DNA from: Planctomycetota bacterium
GTDB lineage: Bacteria > Planctomycetota > UBA1135 > UBA2386
Assembly: GCA_046290465.1 (NCBI GenBank)
Contig: JBKAGP010000001.1
Span: forward strand, 6,400,001-6,464,000
Reading direction: 5' to 3'
DNA length: 64,000 nt
The notes beneath the pieces are model-generated. The model ran no database searches. It saw nothing but the letters and a program-made list of their open reading frames with translations, and was not told the origin of the DNA. Positions within the stretch are counted from its first letter, which is position 1. Each line of letters starts with the position of its first letter. Positions 63,942-64,000 of the stretch are shown here, one piece after another. A program made the translations under genes and the position numbers.

Positions 63942-64000
63942 TCAGGAGGACAGCTGCTTCAGCAGCTCCTGGATCGCCGGGCGCGGTTCGCGCGGCAGGC
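63942..64000 (-). CDS. 3' end of an upstream gene (unidentified)
   Basis: ...LPREPRPAIQELLKQLSS* with stop at 63942-63944. Confidence 0.45.
   Translation of the reverse strand, partial: LPREPRPAIQELLKQLSS

Noticed and set aside
1..64000. tRNA/rRNA genes, DnaA-box cluster, transposases, prophage
   Set aside because: None recognised by eye; tRNAscan-SE and Infernal were not run

Overview
A gene-dense, very GC-rich bacterial chromosomal window. Gene content (TPR/tandem RNAP alpha-CTD protein, DUF6288-like protein, many secreted orphans) suggests Planctomycetota; that assignment is an inference. Housekeeping genes: mnmG, ruvA, rpmH, nadD, rsmG, miaA, yidC, radC, an NFACT/RqcH gene, ndk, gnd and prfC. 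They are interleaved with surface-glycan genes (GT4, WecA-like, flippase, asnB, GT2, GT2-FemAB fusion, gmhB, GT-C), signalling genes (STAS, GAF-PP2C, a degenerate receiver-kinase, ECF sigma/anti-sigma) and many exported proteins. I saw no rRNA, tRNA, CRISPR array, transposase or prophage. Main observations: (1) two tandem exported HEAT-like proteins carry a ~45-aa insert resembling an internal beta-hairpin of a minimal secretin-like protein encoded 17 kb away in an ECF operon; (2) a deiodinase-like selenoprotein that the ORF track splits, with an in-frame TGA and an fdhF-like SECIS; (3) a shared C-terminal motif on four secreted proteins, a candidate sorting domain; (4) a pseudo-receiver/pseudo-kinase; (5) a DxD-less GT2 fused to FemAB; (6) two intergenic palindromic repeat families and a multi-hairpin intergenic element. 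All family calls come from motif recognition by eye; no database search was run.
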